Positions 58,701 to 64,000 of a stretch of 64,000 nucleotides of DNA are shown one piece after another; positions within the stretch are counted from its first letter, which is position 1; each line of letters starts with the position of its first letter. The notes beneath the pieces are model-generated. The model was not told the origin of the DNA. It saw only the letters and a list, made by a program, of their open reading frames with translations, and searched no databases. The DNA is from Podarcis liolepis (lineage: Eukaryota): assembly GCA_965112155.1 (NCBI GenBank), contig OZ218109.1; one strand, given 5' to 3'. The translations under genes were made by a program, and so were the position numbers.

Positions 58701-61700
58701 TCCTCGCGAACACTTCGGGTTACAGAAGTAGATGCTTCCAGTTGCGAACTTTGCCCCGAGATGCGAGCGGAAGTTGCATGCCGGGAGCACGGCAGCAGCG
58801 GGAGGTGAAAGCACGGCTCATGTTATGAGCGGTTTCGGCTTAAGAACGGACCTCCTGAACAATTTAAGTTCATAACCGGAGGTACCACTATATTATCAAG
58901 TGTCCCCAGACAACTTTTTTTAAATGTACACAAGGTTTGTTTTTTGTTTGTTTGTTTTACGTTAAAAGGAAATTACTATATAGAGCTCTTTTGTTTTCTT
59001 TTTTTTAAAAAAAAAATACTGTCCAGGCTTTAAGCAGCTGGTAAATTTATGGCTCAGATTATATTTAGTATCTTCAATGCTTCTCACATCATTAGCCATG
59101 CACAGTAGCACACTAGACAGAACTGACCAAAACAGCTTCTTCACCCTGAGAACAGCTGGTTGAAAGTGAGTCATCTGATCTGTTCAAAAGGGTCACATGA
59201 ATAAAATGTAATTTAAAATAGATATATAAAACCATATTGTAGACATAAGGAGGTCTGATTTTTTGTTCCTCTTTCCCAGACAGTTGAATCCCAGATTTAT
59301 ACGTCAGTACTGATTCACAATAGTTCAAATACATTAATTTCAATAAATGTATTTCAATTACAATAAAAATAATAGGTATATATCACACCTGTATTTTAGA
59401 GCTTTCACGGGAATCTCTAACACATCGCCTCTGTCATATGGAAGGTGTATAGTTTCACTGTCCACTGTCTGAAACATTCGTTCAGCTTCCTGAAAGTTAC
59501 ACATTACCCAATACATATTTAATTATTTTACTCTACAAGAATGAGGCATGCAAACAAGGCCTTGTATGATTTTCAATGTACTTTAAATACAGAGCGGTGG
59601 CCATAACTGTATTTTGGATAGTGCTACATTATAATTGTACAACATGGCATCCTGCCCAGTCACCTACCGACCCCTGCAAGTCATATTTGGGACACAGAAT
59701 AGGGGATATTTAAAGAGTTTCACACAGGTAATGAAGCTTGAGTCCCTTTCTTTCTGGAAACTACTGCCAACGCCATCTGATAAGCCATTTAGAATATCAG
59801 GGTATGGGGCCTTCGAGTGCAGTGCCAGCAGCTGCTGTCAACCCACTGGTACCAACAAAATTGGGTATCTGCTGTGATCCATGGGAGTCTGAGGGATCCA
59901 TCCATCAAACCCTAAAATATGACATGATCTCTAATCCATTCTAATCCACCATTCTCCCATCACTTGGGATATCTAGAGGAAGAGTGGGTTAAGGTTGTTT
60001 AAGGAGCATGTTTATGTGGGGGAAATGTTCCCATAGATGCCTGGTTGGCCACTGCAAGAACATGATGCTTGAGTAGATGAGCCACTGGCCTGATCCAGGA
60101 GGTTTTCTTGCTTCTTACAAAAGACCCCAGTCTCCATCATGCATCTCTTGTTTATAGTAATATTGAGTCAGCACTTGATTCAATGCATGCATGCCCTTGC
60201 ATATTTAAAGAAGGTTCTGGGTCACAATTTTAAATTTAGTCCATTTAGTCCAGATGAATTTAGGAAGGGGGAATATTCCTGCTCTTGCACTTACAAATGA
60301 GATTTTAATTCAATTAAATAAGTAGAGAAACACATCTTCAAGAGCAGTGGCATGCAGAGCCCAGAGACAGAGCTATGAGAGCAGGTAGTTCTATTTACCA
60401 TCACTTGCCCCTCCACTCCATTACCCCAGGAAACTCACTGTATGCTGTAGCCTGAAATTGGGTTTGCAAAGCGCAGTTGATTAATTGCTGAATGGGACAC
60501 AACCTAAAGGAAGCTCTATCATACTTCAGGGCCTGCCCATAAAAGGAAGCCCTGCCATTGGATAGTGAGTTTGTTTGGGCTTTGGGTGAGAATCAAGGGG
60601 AATGGGTGGAGTTCCAGTGTTGAGTGGGGAAGTATGTCAAGAAGCTAAGGAGAGAAAAAACTGAGGGGTTGGCACTTGCCTCCCAGAGTTCTTTGCTGTC
60701 CTGCCTCCATGACATGAAGAGGGTAATACCCAACCCATTTGGGTCATCAAATGGGGTACAAATCAGTAACAAATTATGCTATTGATATCTAAAAGAAACA
60801 TTTATGAAATCTTGTTAGCCCTTTAATCAGTAACTTGCACCGTGTATTATTTACATCAACTTCCAGTTTGCATTTTGCACTGTGTTATATCAATTATGTT
60901 TTGGGGTTATGTATTGGGTTACTTTTTCACTGTTTCAGTTTTGATTGTATTTTTATGTACATACGACAACCTGCACTGGGACATACTGGTGAAGGACAGG
61001 CAAGACATACAATAAATAATAATCCATAACGTCATGAACACTGCTCCAATCATATGCAGGAGCTTTTCAGCTCTTGTTTCCAGTGGTAGCTTCACAGATC
61101 CCTGAAAAGCCTGTTAAAGTCTGGGGGCACTTCAGAACAACACCCAAAGGAGTAAAATTGCACCTGAATTTTCATGTATTTATACAAATTCTAAAACCAT
61201 ACAGGTGACGGATCTATGAAAACCTATAGGAACAATGTTTTGCTCTTGCCCCCACCCCCAACCCCCCCCCCACTGATTTCAGTTGTTCTTTTTTTGTTAT
61301 AAATTACAATCAAACTTACTTCCTTTGCTTTTTTCTTTTTGTCATCTTCCTTCTTCTTCTTACTTTCTGGCATAAGGTCATCAAGCCAACTGAGCTCCCG
61401 TTTGGTGAAACACAAATCCAAAAGTTTGCGAATGAAAACTAGAGCTAAAACCTTGAAAACAACAATTTAAAAACAACAGCCATCACACAAAGATCAGGAC
61501 ACTAATAGAAAGGATAAAACTAATACAGACTGAGTTATACAAGACAAAATTGTATGGTGCAAATTCTTTGTCTAATATATTAAGTTGACACAAAGGTATA
61601 TTCTCAAATACACTATAATTATTTACTTACCATCATAGGAAAAACAACAGCAGCAGCAGATGCTTTAATTGCCCACAAAAGAACAAGACAGGTGAGTTGA

Positions 61701-63607
61701 ACTACCGTAAATACATGAACCTTCCAGAGCGGCACGTAACGCAGATAGATCAAATCAGGCTGATGTTTGGCCGGCATTCCAAACAATTTGATACGGTCAA
61801 AAAACTAAATTGAAAAGGGGAGGAAAGTTATTGAACTTTTTTTCATCCTAAAGAGGAAATTAGGAAAGAAAAATGATCAGAAATATAAATTGAAGGGATT
61901 GCAAAATTAGGCAGGGTTGCGAATTTGACTGTCCAACTATTGGTCAAATACTTAAAGCATTACTTGATTAGACTGCTAACAGAGTTACCCAAGCTGCAAA
62001 AACAAACTGAGTAGCATTCAAGTCACACACTGAGTAGACCAATTAAAATCAATGGACTAAAGTTAGTCAATGGATCATTCTGAGTATGATTTAGCCAGAA
62101 CCATCCCATGAAAATTTCTAAACAAGGAGCGCCTAACCTGTGGCTTTCCATACGTTACTAGACTATGTATCACATTATCCCTGACTACTGGTCATGCAGG
62201 CTGGTGGGATGATGGGAGCTGAACAACATCTAGAAGGCACCCCTGTTCTAAACTAATTAGTCATTAATATTGTTAAAATCTAAGTGGTTGTGAGCAGTAC
62301 TCAAGAGACTGGTTCAGGAGAGGAGTACAAACATGACTCCAAGTCAAAGAAAGAGATGTAAAGAACGCTTCCTCCTCAGTTTTAAGCTGCATTAAGCCAA
62401 TGCCTTTCGCACCCTGCTAAAGCCACCTTCTGATGCTTTGTGGGAACAGGCAAATAAGCATAAGAAAAATAGTGTCCTCGTTCCCTGCAATCCTCAGTCT
62501 GCCCGCAGAGTTGCCATCGCACCCAGTTTCCACCAATTGTTGCCTCCTACTGCAAAACTCCTTGTTCCAATACCATGCTATGAGCACCCCCCACAACTCT
62601 TAGGGGCGACTTTGGGGGGGCTAGGGAGAAATGCCAAGCTATAGTATCTATTTTTCACCTTTCCCCCTCAGATACTGATTAAAATAGAACTTGCCTGGAT
62701 GCCTTTTAGTGAGGATGCTCCCATGTAAAGAAAAACACCATATAAAACGGGCATTGGAATAAACTGTGGGGAAAAGATCAGCAAGTTCATTAACAGATCA
62801 GTGAATGCATTTGCTGCCATCGTTTTGCTAACAGTTATTATTTATCAAAGTCACAGGCTTGAGCACTGCATCCAATTAGGGAAAATGCATGATTCAACAA
62901 CAATTAACTGAATGTGTGTTTAAAAGAAAACTTAGGGCTCGTCCACACATTTGCTTGTCCTGTGCCAGTAATGCACGGGTCCGAGTGATTTTCCGCTTTC
63001 TAGGTTTTCTAGGCACAGCTCCAAGTGTTTTTTCATTTGTCCTGCCGGTTTCCCCGCAGAAAAACCAATTGATGTCTGTTCTGATTCAGTGCAAACAGTA
63101 GGTTTTCTCAGGACAAAGCGTCAGAACAAGTGGACAAGCCATTAAAACCCATCTGAACTCAGAATAATGAACTTAACACAATATAAAAAACATACTATAG
63201 GTATACTTTTCATGTTTAACACATGATTTTCTACTGAGATTGTTTGGATTTGGTGAGAGGCATGTTCATATCATTAAAGCCACTGGGACTTTTAATACTG
63301 TTTTACTAGCATGTTCAGCCTACATAATGTTACAAAATAAACTTTTTTTTCTTACCTTTAATACAGATGTCATAAATACAGACAGCCCCATCAACACAAA
63401 GATCATTAATCCTGTGACTCTCTGCTCACGAATTCCTAGGAACTTTGGCTGCTCCCCAGGAGCAGAACACTCGGATTCTACTTTTAAACTGTTGACATGA
63501 CTTATAGAAAGAACAGTTGCAGCCACAAACCAAGGCAAGCCCATAATTGAGCATATACCTAACATCATGCCAACCATGAGCAGATCGAGATGATATCCAC
63601 CACCTTT
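55661..63607 (-). CDS. SLC4A7: SLC4A7 (NBCn1, electroneutral Na/HCO3 cotransporter), last 7 coding exons; gene starts right of the window
   Basis: 918 nt spliced in frame, ending ...KYVDAETSL*; SLC4 transmembrane motifs; cassette III and ETSL terminus are characteristic of SLC4A7; synteny with NEK10. Confidence 0.96.
57458..57565 (-). CDS. SLC4A7: SLC4A7 cassette III exon (36 aa): [36 protein letters not shown]
   Basis: tag|...AG|gtagct, 108 nt, symmetric phase 2/2; matches the known alternatively spliced cassette III of NBCn1. Confidence 0.93.
58673..58890. mobile_element. Tc1/mariner MITE related to family A (older)
   Basis: CAGTGGATCCTC...GAGGTACCACTA; TA flanks. Confidence 0.75.
59389..59489 (-). 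CDS. SLC4A7: SLC4A7 exon: [33 protein letters not shown]
   Basis: cag|...AG|gtgtga, 101 nt. Confidence 0.93.
61320..61451 (-). CDS. SLC4A7: SLC4A7 exon: [44 protein letters not shown]
   Basis: aag|...GAA|gtaagt, 132 nt. Confidence 0.96.
61631..61804 (-). CDS. SLC4A7: SLC4A7 exon: [30 protein letters not shown]...AAAVVFPMM
   Basis: tag|...ATG|gtaagt, 174 nt. Confidence 0.96.
62695..62763 (-). CDS. SLC4A7: SLC4A7 exon: [23 protein letters not shown]
   Basis: cag|...CAG|gcaagt (GC donor), 69 nt. Confidence 0.94.
63356..63607 (-). CDS. SLC4A7: SLC4A7 exon: [13 protein letters not shown]...[24 protein letters not shown]
   Basis: cag|...AAG|gtaaga, 252 nt; track ORF 63320-63706. Confidence 0.97.
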
Positions 63608-64000
63608 CTGTGGAGTCAAACACAAACATGTTTCATAGCAAATAAGCACATATTCAGGCAACAATACTTTTAAAAAATTTTGACACAGACATCTGGAGTA
63701 TTCCAATTGCTACATAATTCATAATGGAAAATATTTAGCATATAAAACCTAAACACACTGAATCCAGTGATCTATAGAAGAAAAATGTATGGTAACAAAA
63801 CATATGTTTTTTCAAGTCAATATGGTATAAAAATAACCCAAAAGGTATGAAAATCAGAACATACTGCTGTGACTGAAGATCTTCAGAATAATTAATAAAA
63901 AATACACTTTACGGCTTTAAAAGAGTTTCACCCAGGATAAATGGTGCAATTTATATATAAAAAAATGGTCTGATTACAAATAGCTTTATCCTACTATCTG

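Noticed and set aside
1-64000. Most ORFs in the six-frame track
   Set aside because: They are short frames in introns, TEs or microsatellites (e.g. poly-N/poly-I at 22918-23325 and the MITE-derived frames at 2620-3153 and 15588-15934); only those overlapping true exons or LINE fragments are meaningful

Overview
Vertebrate genomic DNA, most likely a squamate reptile and probably a lacertid-type lizard (Sauria SINEs, Bov-B LINE, reptile Tc1/mariner and hAT MITEs). Two known genes lie head-to-tail on the minus strand, in the same order as at human 3p24. (1) The 3' end of SLC4A7/NBCn1: 7 coding exons at 63607-55661, including a GC-AG intron, the 108-nt cassette III exon and the C-terminal ETSL PDZ ligand, then a probable ~5 kb 3'UTR to an AATAAA at ~50631. 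(2) The 5' part of NEK10: a CpG-island promoter at ~47.6-48.3 kb with an RFX X-box, a CRE and CCAAT boxes, a non-coding first exon, and 21 phase-consistent coding exons at 46359-10757 (669 codons; ARM-repeat region plus the kinase domain up to just before DFG). The rest of NEK10 is left of the window. Introns hold three solo LTRs with TSDs, L1/Bov-B/CR1 fragments, SINEs, MITEs, Penelope-like inserts and microsatellites. Best leads: a chain of exon-like segments inside the last NEK10 intron (14-5794), a solo LTR with an almost LTR-long open frame, Penelope-like inserts with hammerhead-ribozyme-like cores, a 54-bp hairpin next to SLC4A7 cassette III, and a dense uORF cluster before the NEK10 ATG. 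Exon boundaries were read by hand from splice sites and phase. Gene and repeat-family names come from recalled homology, not database searches.
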